A stretch of DNA of 60,373 bases from Eledone cirrhosa (lineage: Eukaryota). Shown here piece by piece: positions 1-38,822 of this stretch. The stretch's first letter is position 1. Every line of letters starts with the position of its first letter. The notes beneath the pieces were generated by a model. That model did no database searches and was not told where the DNA came from. It saw nothing but the letters and a program-made list of their open reading frames with translations. A program made the translations under genes and the position numbers. The stretch lies in assembly GCA_964016885.1 (NCBI GenBank), contig CAXHJY010000852.1, positions 1-60,373 of the forward strand, written 5' to 3'.

Positions 1-8485
<8,485 letters not shown>

Positions 8486-8599
8486 TCAAGAGAGTCTGCT
8501 TAGAATGGTGGTATGGGTGAAGAACTCGTTGTTGTTGTGCTGCTGCTGTTGTTGTTGTTGTTGTTCTTGTTGTTGCAGTGGCAAGATCGGACCAGTTTA

Positions 8600-9010
8600 A
8601 CATGTTGCAGTGGACAGAATAAGTTCAACATGTGGCAGACCAATTCAACATGAGGCAGTGAACAAATTATATCAGATAAACATGTGACAGTGAGAAGATC
8701 AGATCAGATGGTATCAACATGTGACCATGAGAAGATCAGATCAGATGGTATCAACATGTGGCAGTGAGAAGATCAGATCAGATGGTATCAACATGTGGCA
8801 GTGAGAAGATCAGATCAGATCAACATGTGGCAGTGAGAAGAACAGATCAGATCAACATGTGGCAGTGGGAAGATCAGATCAGATCAACATGTGGCAGTGA
8901 GAAGAACAGATCGGATCAACATGTGGCAGTTGGGAAATCAGATCAGATGAACATGTGGCAGTGGGGAAGATCAGATCAGATGAACATGTGGCAGTGGACA
9001 GAATCAGAGA
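8600..9010. repeat. About 30-35 bp minisatellite (AACATGTGGCAGTGAGAAGATCAGATCAGAT) just upstream of the gene A start codon
   Basis: About 12 degenerate tandem copies. Confidence 0.85.
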
Positions 9011-9346
9011 AGACAGTTGAAAGTGTTAGTGGTCAGAGTAATATTGTTTGATTGTCCAGCTTCACTCCACCCCCGCCTCCATCATTACACCACCACCACA
9101 CCACCAATACCACCACCACCACCACATCACCCCCCCCCCCCCCACCACCACCACAACAGGTTGTTTGCTGTCGCCGTTGTCATTAATGTTGTTGTTATAA
9201 TGATGTTTTTTTAAATGTTTCTTTGTGGTTGTTGTTATTGTTATTGTTTTAATTATCGATTCTGTAGCTTTAGATTGTTGTTGTTGTGGTTGTTATTGTG
9301 GTTGTTATTGATGTGAAATGTGACAGCAAGACGTTCAGGTACACTA

Positions 9347-9436
<90 letters not shown>

Positions 9437-9470
9437 CATACATACATACATACATACATACATACATACA

Positions 9471-9503
<33 letters not shown>

Positions 9504-9513
9504 GTATGTATGT

Positions 9514-9572
<59 letters not shown>

Positions 9573-9679
9573 TATACTGATCAGACTCTAATGATTAACC
9601 TGTCCTTTCAACGTCCAAGTAGCCTCAACATAATGGTCAACGATCTAAATAATTGATTTCCTCTCCAGATAATATAACC

Positions 9680-10080
9680 ATCCACCCAGCAAATCACCTA
9701 ACCACCCATCCATCCACACACCCAGCAAACCACCCAACCAGACACTCAACCAGTTTCCCAGCCAACCAACCAACCAGCCACCCGACCAGTCTCCCAACCA
9801 ACCAGCCACCCGACCAGCCTCCCAACCAACCAGCCACCCGACCAGCCTCCCAACCAACCAGCCTCCCAACCAACCAGCCAACCAGCCACCCAACCAGCCT
9901 CCCAACCAACCAGCCAACCAGCCACCCAACCAGCCTCCCAACCAGCCACCCAACCAGCCTCCCAACCAACCAGTCACCCGACCAGCCAACCAGCCACCCA
10001 ACCAGCCTCCCAACCAACCAGCCAACCAGCCACCCAACCAGCCTCCCAACCAACCAGTCACCCAACCAGCCAACCAGCCT
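9680..10080. repeat. C/A-rich minisatellite (CCAACCAGCC variants)
   Basis: Visible tandem periodicity. Confidence 0.85.
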
Positions 10081-10204
10081 GTCGATACCATTAAAGCTCT
10101 ATACGTTGTTGTAACTTCAAACAAAGGATTCTCTTTGCCTATTAAACAATGCAAACCGTCGCTGTGGACTGGGATTAAACACTTAAGGCAATAATACTGT
10201 GCAT

Positions 10205-10239
<35 letters not shown>

Positions 10240-10287
10240 CATATATTTATATATATATATATACACACATGTATATATATATATATA

Positions 10288-10335
<48 letters not shown>

Positions 10336-10356
10336 TTTATATATATATATATATGC

Positions 10357-10394
<38 letters not shown>

Positions 10395-10397
10395 ATA

Positions 10398-10477
<80 letters not shown>

Positions 10478-10519
10478 TTTATATATATATATATATGCAT
10501 ATATATATATATATATATA

Positions 10520-12490
10520 ACCCTGGTGCCGAGGAAAAAGAACAAAGGGAAGCACGTCAGCTCTGCAAACCCAAAAGTGTGTGCAGCCAGAGAACACCTG
10601 AAAGCTGCCAGGGACCAATTCTATGCTGATCCTACGGAGGAGAGGATGGAGACTGTGGAGGTGATGAGGGAAGAGCTCTGTACCGCTTACACTGAGGTCA
10701 GAGAGGAGGCACTGATAGAGAAGATCAGAAGTGTGGAGAGAGCGGTTGACAGATCTGGATGTAAGGAGAGCTGGATGATCATCAACGAGATCACAGGGAG
10801 GAAGAAAAGGTGTTCGAGTCAGATCCAGGGAACGGGGCCCGAGGATAGGAAGAGGAAATGGCTAGACCATTTTAGGACCCTACTAGGAGAGCCACCCTCC
10901 ACAGCCCAGAGCACTGGGGAAATCAGGCGGCTGTTTGAGGAACTGGATGTTGAGACAGAGCCCTTCACCAGAGAGGAGCTTCAGAGAGCCAAGAAGAAGA
11001 TCAAGGAGGGCAAGGCTCATGGAGAGGATGGAGTGGCATCAGAGGTGATGAAGAGGTGTGATTTTGATGATATCATCCTGGGGTTCTGTAACGGGGCACT
11101 GGAGAAAGGAGTTGCCCCGAATCAGTGGAGGATCAGTAACATCGTCCCAGTGCCAAAGAAGGGAGATCTCTCTAACACCAACAACTACCGGGGGATCTCA
11201 CTGACGTCACTTGTGGCAAAGACCCTCAACAGGATGATTCTTAACAGGATCCAGCCTGAGATGGAGAAGAAGCTCAGGGACAACCAGAACGGCTTCAGAG
11301 AGTGTAGATCAACCACCAGTCACATCCTGATGCTGAGGAGGATATTAGAGGGAGCTAGAGCAAAGTGCCTTCCTGCAGTCATGGTTTTCATTGACTTTAG
11401 GAAGGCCTTTGATTCTGTGGACCGTTACTGCCTGATGAAGATCTTACAGGCTTATGGAATCCCCAAGAGGATAGTGGACCTGATATCACTGCTCTACACC
11501 AACACCAAAGCCCAAGTCATTACACCTGATGGGATGACAGAGTTCTTTGAGATACTGGCTGGAGTGCTCCAGGGAGATACATTGGCTCCCTACCTTTTTA
11601 TCATCGTAGTGGACTATTGTATGCGCCTTGCACTGGAGAAACACCAGGACTCTGGCTTTACTGTAGCACCGGCTCAGAGCAGGAGAGTTGGGGCGAAAAA
11701 GGTATCGGATGCTGAATTTGCCGACGACATAGTTTTGGTGACAAATACAGTGAAGGAGGCAGAGGATTTGATGCGGGAGGTTGAGACTGTGTCGATGAGT
11801 GTGGGGCTGAGAATGAATGAGACTAAAACAAAATATCTGGTAGAGAATGTTGAGAAGCCAGAGGGGATCACTAATGTAGGCGGGAAGCCGCTGGAATTGG
11901 TTGAGGACTTCCTGTATTTGGGAGCAAAGATTGGGAATACGGAAGATGATGTGGTTGAGAGGAAGAGCAAGGCCTGGGCGGCGTGTCACAGCTTGAGGTC
12001 GGTGTGGAAGTCGGACCTTCGTGGAGACCTGAAAATCCGCCTCTTCATTGCTGTAGTGGAGTCTGTGCTGCTGTATGGGTCTGAGACTTGGACACTGACC
12101 AAGAGACTCACTCAGATGGTGGATGGGTGCTACACGAGAATGCTGAGGATGGCTCTGAACATTAATCAGTATACACTGAGGATGAAAAACTCAGAGCAGT
12201 ATGGGAGCATCCCAAAGGTCAGCTCAAAAGTGACACAGAGAAGACTGAGGTTGGCTGGACATGCTCACCGACATCCAGAGTTGACATTGCACTCAGTGCT
12301 CCTTTGGGAGCCCCTACATGGACACACTAGAAGAGGAAGACCAAGGTTAACATATGTTGATGCCCTAAGGACAGACACTGGTCTGTTGGAGATGCAGGAT
12401 ATGGCAGCGATAATGAGGGACAGAGACCGCTGGAGAGAACTCGTCCATGGATCTCGGGAATTTTACCCGCCTTAGATAGATAGATAGATA
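10520..12490 (+). mobile_element. RTE-clade non-LTR retrotransposon, 5'-truncated, uninterrupted RT ORF (stop 12475)
   Basis: [56 protein letters not shown]; no endonuclease domain; (TAGA)n tail; in (TA)n. Confidence 0.93.
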
Positions 12491-12652
12491 TATATACATA
12501 TATTTATATATATATATATATATACATATATTTATATATATATATATATACACATGTATATATATATATATGCTTATATATATATATATATATACATATA
12601 TTTATATATATGCTTATATATATATATATATATATACATATATTTATATATG

Positions 12653-12738
<86 letters not shown>

Positions 12739-12790
12739 TTTATATATGCTTATATATATATATATATATATACATATATTTATATATGCT

Positions 12791-12824
<34 letters not shown>

Positions 12825-12836
12825 TTTATATATGCT

Positions 12837-12868
<32 letters not shown>

Positions 12869-12878
12869 TTTATATATG

Positions 12879-12929
<51 letters not shown>

Positions 12930-13226
12930 GCTTATATATATATATATATACATATATTTATATATATATATATGCATATATATATATATAAACATATATT
13001 TATATATATATACATATATTTATATATATATATATATGCATATATATATATATACATATATTTATATATATATATATACACATGTATATATATATATATG
13101 CATATATATATATATATACATATATTTATATATATATATATATATACACATGTATATATATATGCATATATATATATATATATATACATATATTTATATA
13201 TATATATACACACATGTATATATATA

Positions 13227-13284
<58 letters not shown>

Positions 13285-13835
13285 CACGTTTACACGCACA
13301 CACACATATATATATATACATATATATATACATATATATATACACACACGCACATATATATACATATATATATATATATAGTATATATGTGTGAGTGTGT
13401 ATGTATGTATATATATATGTGTGTAATTAAATATATGTGTGTGTGCATATTTGTATGTATGTGAGTGTGTACAAATGTGACTGTATATGTGTGAATGTGT
13501 ATGTGTGTGTGTGTGTGAGTGAGTGTGTACTAGTGTGAGTGTGTGTGTCATTGTGGCGCTTGTTTGAATGACATTGTAAGGATCTTTCTACAAGTATGAC
13601 ACAAAAAAATGTGTAAAGATGTGTGTATGTGTCCGTGTGTGTTGTGTATGTGTGTGTGTCTGTGTGTGGTGCGTGTGTATACACATTGAATTTACTTATT
13701 TCAATGTAGAATGAAATAATTATGAAAGTTTTTAAATCATAATAGTCCCTTATTGGAATCTCCTCAGAAGAGATGTACATCACTAAAACAACCCCATTGG
13801 AAATACGTAACTTAACTAATAACCACATAAAAACC

Positions 13836-13836
13836 A

Positions 13837-13874
<38 letters not shown>

Positions 13875-13915
13875 CTAGCAGCAGCAGTAGTAGTAGTAAT
13901 AGTAGTAGTAGTAGT

Positions 13916-13959
<44 letters not shown>

Positions 13960-13972
13960 CAGTAGTAGTAGT
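13836..13972. repeat. Compound (TAG)n/(CAG)n microsatellite
   Basis: Direct reading. Confidence 0.9.
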
Positions 13973-14129
13973 CTTCTGGTCACTCCTTGTACATCTGGCC
14001 AGCTGGTCATTAAGACACAGTGGTACATTAATGGTGAGTGACAGTGGTATGGCGTGGGGTGGGCTTCACAATGGTTATCTTCTTTACAATAAAAGAAAAC
14101 CATTAATATTGATTGCCACACACACACAC

Positions 14130-14197
<68 letters not shown>

Positions 14198-14287
14198 GTA
14201 CGTTATATATTATAAATATATAGAGAGCCGCATGATCATTATATTATATATCGATCAATTTTGATAAATTGACAGTTCGATATATAA

Positions 14288-14374
<87 letters not shown>

Positions 14375-14393
14375 AATCACCCAGGATTAATTT

Positions 14394-14437
<44 letters not shown>

Positions 14438-14467
14438 GTCTCTCTATATATATAGAGAGAGAGAGAC

Positions 14468-14501
<34 letters not shown>

Positions 14502-14618
14502 ATATATATATATGTCTATATATATATATATATAAGGATAAGAAACGTAAGGAAATGTGTGGTTACTGTAAACAACGTTTAAGATAGTAGTATGGACGAA
14601 ACAAGAGCAGAAACAATA

Positions 14619-14863
<245 letters not shown>

Positions 14864-14907
14864 CAATATATACATTTACATATATATACATATATATATA
14901 TATATAA

Positions 14908-15223
14908 ACTGAAGTAAAAGTTAGGTGGAAATATCCAAGAGTAAGAGCACTCACTCCATAAGACGAGTTTAGTATAAACAATTACATCAGTGACATAAAC
15001 AAGTACTCAAGTTTCGTTGGGTTCTGAGCCCCAATTTCTTCAGCTTGTCATGAGAAAAATAGAAAATAAAAAAATAAAGATGGCGGCCTATGGTTGATTG
15101 TGCTCTCCCAATGGGGAAACTTGAGTACCTGTTTATGTCACTGTTGTAATTATTTATACGAAACTCATCCTATGGACTGAGTGCTCTTACTCTTGGATAT
15201 TTCCACTTAACTTTTATTTCAGT
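14908..15223. mobile_element. Palindromic Penelope-like non-autonomous element (about 107-bp imperfect arms) with hammerhead
   Basis: Arms 14908-15015 / 15116-15223 in (TA)n; both arms begin at the GAAAC of the ribozyme. Confidence 0.65.
14999..15048 (-). ncRNA. Type I hammerhead ribozyme motif (CUGAAGA core)
   Basis: Minus strand ACAAG-CTGAAGA-AA-TTGGG(GCTCAGAA)CCCAA-C-GAA-AC(TTGA)GT-A|CTTGT. Confidence 0.65.
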
Positions 15224-15628
15224 ATATATATACACATAAATATAGTAAATACAATTGTAAAAGGGCCATTTATTTAATCGTTCAAAATGCTGGAAATAGC
15301 AGCCAAGTCTTTCTCGAATACACTCTTTCACACATGCACACACTTACACAAACACACACAAACACATGGTGAAGGTTTCTTGAAGTACAATTTGCTTGGT
15401 TGGAATATATGGTGATGGTCACACTTGGAACTATTGTTTACTAACAGATCCAGACTGACCTTTAACACAACAGCAGCAACAACATCAATTACTACTACTA
15501 CTACTACTACTATTACTACTACTACTACTACTACTACAACCTCCGTTTTGATTCTTGTTATTCTGTGAAATATATTTACAAAAAACTTTACTCACTCATT
15601 TTTGTAGAATTATTTCGGTTTCATAAAG

Positions 15629-15760
15629 TTCTTCTTCTTCTTCTTCTTCTTCTTCTTCTTCTTCTTCTTCTTCTTCTTCTTCTTCTTCTTCTTCTTCTTC
15701 TTCTTCTTCTTCTTCTTCTTCTTCTTCTTCTTCTTCTTCTTCTTCTTCTTCTTCTTCTTC
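15629..15760. repeat. Perfect (CTT)n microsatellite
   Basis: Direct reading, about 44 units. Confidence 0.95.
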
Positions 15761-15875
15761 TGTCCTTCCGTTTATATGGAAGAAGCTATCAGAAATGCAA
15801 TGCCGGTCTTTATCACAACTTCAAGTCTTCTGTTTGTCTACTAAAATCTACTTCACTACTGAAAAGCTTTATTGA

Positions 15876-15957
<82 letters not shown>

Positions 15958-17555
15958 TCGCTTTCTATGTGTTCTTTTAATTATTATAAGAATCGATAAA
16001 GTTTAACGAGGGCGTTGTGTTAGAAAATATTGGAGTGTCTGTGTGGTGGTGGTGGTCGTGGGAGTGGTCCTGGTTGTGGTTGTGGTGGTGGTGGTGGTGT
16101 GGTACGGCGGCTTGTTAGATGTCGAGAATAAGTTGTTAGGATAGACATGAAAACCATAGGCAGTGTGTTTCATTAGAAATATAACGAAGTTATCAAAATG
16201 TTTATATTTATCAAAAAACCTATTTTCCATAATTTTATGTAAGAACCTTTGTTAAGTTATGTTCTAAACAACAGCTTAATAATAAGAAAGTTAGTTTCGA
16301 CGCTAAATCATTTAAAATTTTGATTATTTCCGAACTGATTTGGAAATCACAGGGGGTTGTCTTTCATTAGAAATATATTTAGAAAAGGCTTAATAGGGCT
16401 GAGTGACAGAGGCGTGACTTGGCAACAAAGTGTGAATACAATATTTGGAGGTCCCATAATATATCATTGATTGTTCACTGAACATGTTAGAAATAGTAGC
16501 CAATTTTCCTTTGAATATCACACTGGCTTCATAAAAAACCTGGTCTATGGGTGCAGTCCAGAAAGTCCATATCTAAGACCATGCATATACATCTGTAGAG
16601 GTGTTGTCCAAGGTAAAATGTTTGTCCATAGAAGTACACCTGTAAAGTTGCTCTCCAAGGAGCAATATTTGGCCAGGCTCATTCTTTTGTTGTTTTGAAA
16701 GACCAACAGTTGACCTTGCTTAAAGGTCTTCCTTCTCCACTGACGACAACAAGAAAGTAAAAGGTTGATACATTTTGACACCAATATCGTCAAATAGACA
16801 GAACATATATTTTCAAATAATTTCCTCCTACACTCAAACAATTATACCAACCACCTTGAATTGTTACTTTACTTCTCCACCCCGAAACTATGAAGGGCAA
16901 AGCTGACCTGTGCGCCATGTGGACCAAGGGAGCATTGCCAGGACAAAGACCACAGAGTTTTCTATCCGATGCTCCAACGACTCGCTCCAAATCTCTGAAT
17001 TTGATTAAATAATTCTACAATATCGAGAATAATGACATGATGGTCACGGTTGATGTTGGAACATCTTTGATCATAGATCTACAGGATGAGGGCCGACCTA
17101 GGGCTAAACAACAGTAAAAACACCACCAACACTAACATCTCTACTATCAACACCACCACAAAATAGTGATTCACAGATCCAGAATTAAACATTTGTTAAC
17201 GACCAATTAACCAACACAATTACAAGTTCTCTCCTTCAAAATACCACCCTTGGCAAATCACAGAATCATTCCAACGTTTTTTTCATTCATCCTAACAGTA
17301 CCCTTACTTTTGGGACAAAGTTCGTATATATATATGTTTCTGTAGGTGTGTGTATATTTGTATGTATGTATGTATGTATGTATGTATGTATGTATGTATG
17401 TATGTATGTATGTATGTATGTATTATGTATGTATATATATATACATATGTATATACATACATATATATATATGTATATATATTTATATATATATATATAT
17501 ATATGTATGTATATACATATGTATATATATTTATATATGTATGTATATACATATG

Positions 17556-17594
<39 letters not shown>

Positions 17595-17768
17595 TCTATA
17601 TGTGCGTGTTTGTATACATATATATATATATATGTCTATATATATACATACATAGTCATATGCATAGCATATACATATACACATTACATATATACATATA
17701 AATTCATATACATGTACATGAACACATTACATATACACATATATACATGTACGTATAAATACACAGAT

Positions 17769-17831
<63 letters not shown>

Positions 17832-18021
17832 CTATACATTAATCAAACAGAGATGTTATTCCGTTCAATAGCCACACGTGTGTCATGTGACCCTTCATTG
17901 TGATGGGGTCCTAACAATGTGTATCCTTCACACCAATTAACGCTAATTAGATATAGTTGTATCTCCCAACAACATATTGAACTCCACACACACACATATA
18001 TGTACTCATACACATACACAC

Positions 18022-18055
<34 letters not shown>

Positions 18056-18537
18056 ATGTATGTGTGTATATGTATATGTGTGTGTGTAAAGTAAACAGGA
18101 ATAACAAACCAAGCGACGTAGTATATTGAAGAAATATATTAGTTTAACAGTTGAAGTGATAGGAAAATAGTCTTAACGTTTCAGATACTGATCCTTCATC
18201 AAAAGATAGAATAAGAAATAAAACATGAAATTGAAAGAGTAAGAAGAGGAAGGAACGAGAAAAAATTGAGAAAAAAAGATATGTGCGTATTCTATACACA
18301 TACACTCACACACACTAAAAACGAATGTTTGTAAAGTAAAGGAAACACAAACATATAAATAGATATTTCCCCTCATCAGTTGATTGTTGCGGGTCTCGGA
18401 TCTTTCAGCGCATTAAAAACAATACATCTATCCGCAGTGCGAAAATGACTTGGAAATTTATTAGGGAAAGAAAACGCGAAACGGAGATAACGAAGAGAGA
18501 AAAAAAGCGGAAGAGAAAGAAAGAAGAGAAAAAAAGA

Positions 18538-18568
<31 letters not shown>

Positions 18569-19124
18569 GAGGGTTTATTCTGTCAATAATATATATATAT
18601 ATATTACCTGACAGTCATTGTATTAATACGTGACAGTCATTGTATATTAAAAAAATATACAAAAAAATGACAATCACTAAGAACTGAGTTGACTAGGAAC
18701 AATGGTTAGTTAGAGGTCTAAAGAGGCACCAATATAGATTCTTCGATTCATCGCTAACATCGTTTAATAATCGTTAGTTCTGTACAACACCTCCCTCATA
18801 CAATTCACCCCCACTTTCTTCACTTACCTGTATTTGTCAATAATGCGAAAAATAGCAATCGTTGAACGCTTAACAAATGTACATGTACGTTGGTCTAATT
18901 TTGATACTGTCCAAGGTAGTCATATGTACTTACTGTATTGAGATGGAAATAATCACCCTATATAGGATATTATATGTGAGTGTGTGTTTGTGATCGTATG
19001 TTTATATATATATATGTGTGTGTGTATGAGTGTGTGTGTGTGTGCGTGTGTTTATATTTATATATATATATATATATACACACATATATATATTATATAT
19101 ATATAATATACATTTATGTATATA

Positions 19125-19174
<50 letters not shown>

Positions 19175-19342
19175 CACGTATATGTGTGTGTGGCGGTGTG
19201 TGTGGGTGGCTGTGTATGTATGTATTTAGATAAATAGTAAAGAGTATCTTCTCGTCAACAACCCATTAAAGAATTCAATTTCGTGCACAAGAATGGTGTT
19301 GTATATCTTCTGACGATGTTGCGCGCCAGCTTGGAGAAAGCC

Positions 19343-19401
<59 letters not shown>

Positions 19402-20215
19402 CAGAAATTTCATAAATTATTTTGGAATTATAGTACTTGCTTTTAGATTTTGACTTTTAAAGTCCCTGCAGTGAATTTTTTTTTGTTTCACCTAGGAGTG
19501 AAAGGCCCCCAGTTGTTGTCACAACACCTTTATAGGGGAGGGAAACTCTGAAAAGAGACCTGCGGCTTCGGGAGTATCCGATGATGTAGACCAGTTCTCT
19601 TTTTCGGGTATTGTTTTCGATGCTAAGAGAGTGGGATTGGTCGAGTGCAAGGCCTTTACCCACTTAAAAAACCTTCAAAGCACAGCATTGCTTGTTCAGA
19701 ATCTGTTACAGGTTCGTGTGGCTGGCTATAGGCTAAAAGTTCACCATTTTCTATAATCTGACAAGCGATTGCAATACTCCTAGCAGAGTTTGCAGCCATC
19801 ATGTATATGTATATATGTATATATGTATGTATGTATGTATGTATTATGTATATTCGTATGTATATACCTATGTATATACCTATGTATATACTTATGTATA
19901 TACGTATATATATGTATGTATGTATGTATATAGACTGAAGTTGTCCTGTACAATGTACTACACAATGAAATATAATGCCCACATATATATTTTTGAGTGA
20001 GGAGCTGAATGTGTGTAAATGTGTGAGTGTTTATATATGTATGTGTGTGTGGAGGGATCGTGCTCTCTAGAGACGTCGATTGAACCAGAAGTGGTTAATA
20101 ATAAAGGGGGCGGGGAGAGAAAAAGAAAAACCTCAACAAACATTTCAGTGCAGCATCTTGGACAACAATATAGATCGATCTATGTGTGTGTATTGATATA
20201 CATGTGTGTGTGTGT

Positions 20216-20339
<124 letters not shown>

Positions 20340-20379
20340 ATATATATACACATATATATACCAACATACATATATATCA

Positions 20380-20410
<31 letters not shown>

Positions 20411-20414
20411 CATA

Positions 20415-20462
<48 letters not shown>

Positions 20463-20534
20463 CATATACTTATATATTTATTTAGATAGGAATATAGATA
20501 TATATAATCACACATAAATACATAATACATACAG

Positions 20535-20586
<52 letters not shown>

Positions 20587-21195
20587 ATCTTTGTGTGAAT
20601 GTATATGTATATTCAATCATTTTTTTCTCTCCTTTTCTTTTGTTGGCGGGATATAAGGGGCCTTCTCTTCTGCGATCTTGAGATATTGAGATGTTGAGAG
20701 ATATAAAGAGATATAAAGTTTGACATCAGGTCTGAAAATTTAGCAGCTCTTCTATAAGAACAGCTCTAAGGAAATATCTAATGAACATACGAACAGAATA
20801 ACAGTATAACAGTTACCAGAATAACAGTTACCAGAATAACAGTATAACAAAATAACAGAATTACAGTTAACAGAATAACAGAATAACAGTGAACAGAATA
20901 ACAGTTAACAGAATAACAGTTAACAGAATAACAGTTAATAGTTAATAGAACAACAGTAACAATAATAACAGCAGCAATAACAGCAACAACAGTAATAACA
21001 GCAACAATAACAACAGCAATAATAATAACCACAACAACAACAGCAACAATAATAACCACAACAACAACAGCAATATCAGAGTGAATATATTTGATAATAA
21101 GGTAATGTAATATGCTTTTGTTGTGTTTGTTAATATTTTTATTATTACTGTTGTTATTACTGTTGTTATTATTGTTGTTGTTGTTATTTAATATT

Positions 21196-21447
21196 GCCGT
21201 AGATTGGCAGAGTCGGTAGAGTGCCGGACAAAATGCTTTGCAATATTTATTCCGGGTCTTTACGTCCTGAGTTCAAATCCCGCCGAGGTCAACAATGCAT
21301 TTCATTCTTTCGGGTCGATAAAATAAAGTATCAGTAACGTACTGGGGTTGATATAATCGAGTTTTGGCACAGGGCTAGCAATTACCCAGTGTATTACTGG
21401 TACTTTATTTTAGCGACCTCGTAAGGTTGAAAGACAAAGTTAACCAC
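21196..21447. mobile_element. Nin-SINE (+) followed by partial inverted copy (-)
   Basis: Box A TGGCAGAGTCGG, box B GAGTTCAAATCCC, core; reverse copy 21375-21445. Confidence 0.7.
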
Positions 21448-21491
21448 ACATAGGAATAATAAGGTTGTTACCAAAGAGCCAAAAGATTGAC

Positions 21492-21922
21492 AAGTCGACC
21501 CTAAATATGACTAATAGCTCTAGGAAAGCCATGAATGACACCACATCTTTTAAACTTTGATTTTGAAAGTAGGTTTATAATTATTAATTTTCTTTATGCT
21601 TTTGTAGCTGTCTCGGCGGCCTAGTTGGAGGAATCATAGGAGGTGGTGATCCTGGTCTGAAGTTCGATCCTGGTCGGGAGTAGTTTTTTCTATTGGTTGT
21701 AAAATTAAAACTGAAAAAAGACTACATGTACCTCTAGACCAGGATTGAACCCAAGACCAGGATCTCCACCGTCTGTAGTACCTACCATTAGGCCACTGAG
21801 ACAGCTACGAGAATCTTTCGAAAATTCATACTTATAAACCTACTTTCAAAGTTTTCAATACAAAATGATGCGGTGTCGTTCATGTCTTTTTTAATGTTAT
21901 TGCTCCTACTTAAGGTCGACTT
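21492..21922. repeat. Long imperfect inverted repeat of two convergent tRNA-like Pol III units
   Basis: AAGTCGACC..TTTGAAAGTAGGTTTATAA..GTAGCTGTCTC..GGCCTAGTTGG..GTTCGATCCTGGTC..TTTTTT mirrored on the other strand. Confidence 0.65.
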
Positions 21923-22214
21923 CTAAATTATTTGGGTGTTCCATAAACTACATCCTCGTTTTGTTTCTCATCTATCTAGATTATATTTTAACCTGTAATA
22001 CATGCTTCATTTCTGTTGCACCTCATTTCTCCCCTCCCCCTCTCTCTGTGATATTTGAATCTACTATGATTTGGATTTACTTTATTCATATATATATATA
22101 TTAAATAACAGATTAAAGTTTAAACAAAGAATCGCTGTTCTGACTCGAACACCTTCTCTTCCTCCCTGTGATCTCGTTGACGATCATCCAGATCTCCTTA
22201 CACCCAGACCTGTT

Positions 22215-22692
22215 AGAGCAAAGCTTGGGCGGCGTGCCACAGTTTGAGATCGGTGTGGAAGTCGGACCTTCGTAAAGACCTGAAGATCCGTCTCTTCATT
22301 GCTGTACTGGAGTCTGTGCTGCTGTACAGGTCTGAGACTTGGACACTGACCAAGAAACTCACTCAGATGGTGGATGGGTGCTACACGAGAACGCTGAGGA
22401 TGGCACTGAACATTAATCAGTATACACTGGAGAGGAGGAACTCAGAGCTGTACGGGAGCCTCCCAAAAGTCAGCTCGAGAGTAGCACAGAGGAGACTGAG
22501 GTTAGCTGGACATGCTCACCGACATCCAGAGTTGACACTGCACTCAGTGCTCCTGTGGGAGCCCCTGCATGGACACTCTGGAAGTGGAAGACCGAGGCTA
22601 ACATATGTTGATGCCCTAAGGACAGACACTGGTCTGTTGGAGACGCAGGACATGGCAGCGATAATGAGGGAATTTTACCCGCCCTAGATATA
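22215..22692 (+). mobile_element. Diverged 3' fragment of the RTE family
   Basis: ORF 22244-22687 aligns with the C-terminus of the 10520-12475 ORF; 39-nt deletion near the end. Confidence 0.9.
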
Positions 22693-23273
22693 TATAGGAC
22701 CTATACTATAGGAGGTGGTACATACAGGACCTATACTATAGGAGGTGGTTCATATAGGACCTATACTATAGGAGGTGGTACATATAGGACCTATACTGTA
22801 GATGGTACATACAGGACCTATACTATAGGAGGTGGTACATATAGGACCTATACTATAGGGGGTGGTACATATAGGACCTATACTATAGGAGGTGGTACAT
22901 ATAGGACCTATACTATAGGAGGTGGTACATATAGGACCTATACTATAGGGGGTCGTACATATAGCACCTATACTATAGGAGGTGGTACATATAGCACCTA
23001 TACTATAGGAGGTGGTACATATAGCACCTATACTATAGGGGGTGGTACATATAGCACATACTATAGGAGGTGGTACATATAGCACCTATACTATAGGAGG
23101 TGGTACATATAGGACCTATACTATAGGAGGTGGTACATATAGGACCTATACTATAGGAGGTGGTACATACAGGACCTATACTATAGGAGGTGGTACATAT
23201 AGCACCTATACTATAGGAGGTGGTACATACAGGACCTATACTATAGGAGGTGGTACATACAGGACCTATACTA
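22693..23273. repeat. 30-bp minisatellite GGACCTATACTATAGGAGGTGGTACATATA (about 19 copies)
   Basis: Direct tandem copies, each with the internal palindrome CCTATA-C-TATAGG. Confidence 0.92.
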
Positions 23274-23559
23274 TATTTATTCTATGTTGTTTTCCTTTTT
23301 CTTTTCATATTCTATCCATTCCTTTCTTTCACTCACACTCACTATTGCACTCTCACTCACTACGTCTCTCTCACTCTCACTCACTACGTCTCTCTCACTC
23401 TCACTCACTACGTCTCTCTTACACTCACTCCCTACGTCTCTCTCACTCACACTCACTAACGCACTCTCACTCACACTCTCATTCCAGTCCAGTATCCAAG
23501 TGGTCCTACTCCAGACAACTCACACTCACCACTCCAACCATTCCACCATTTTGGATAAG

Positions 23560-38822
<15,263 letters not shown>

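Noticed and set aside
10199-10519. N-terminal extension of the RT ORF
   Set aside because: Microsatellite read-through; the element starts near 10520.
18168-18385. Hammerhead-like motifs on the minus strand (18168-18207 and near 18345-18380)
   Set aside because: The first has a TTGATGA core and weak stem I, the second lacks GAAA; counted only as relics.
16400-19800. Short ORFs at 16471-16990 and 19457-19982
   Set aside because: No recognisable motif or splice context; possibly decayed repeats.
22693-23273. CRISPR-like 30-bp palindromic repeats (also 2655-3010 and 8600-9010)
   Set aside because: No unique spacers, no cas genes, eukaryotic context.
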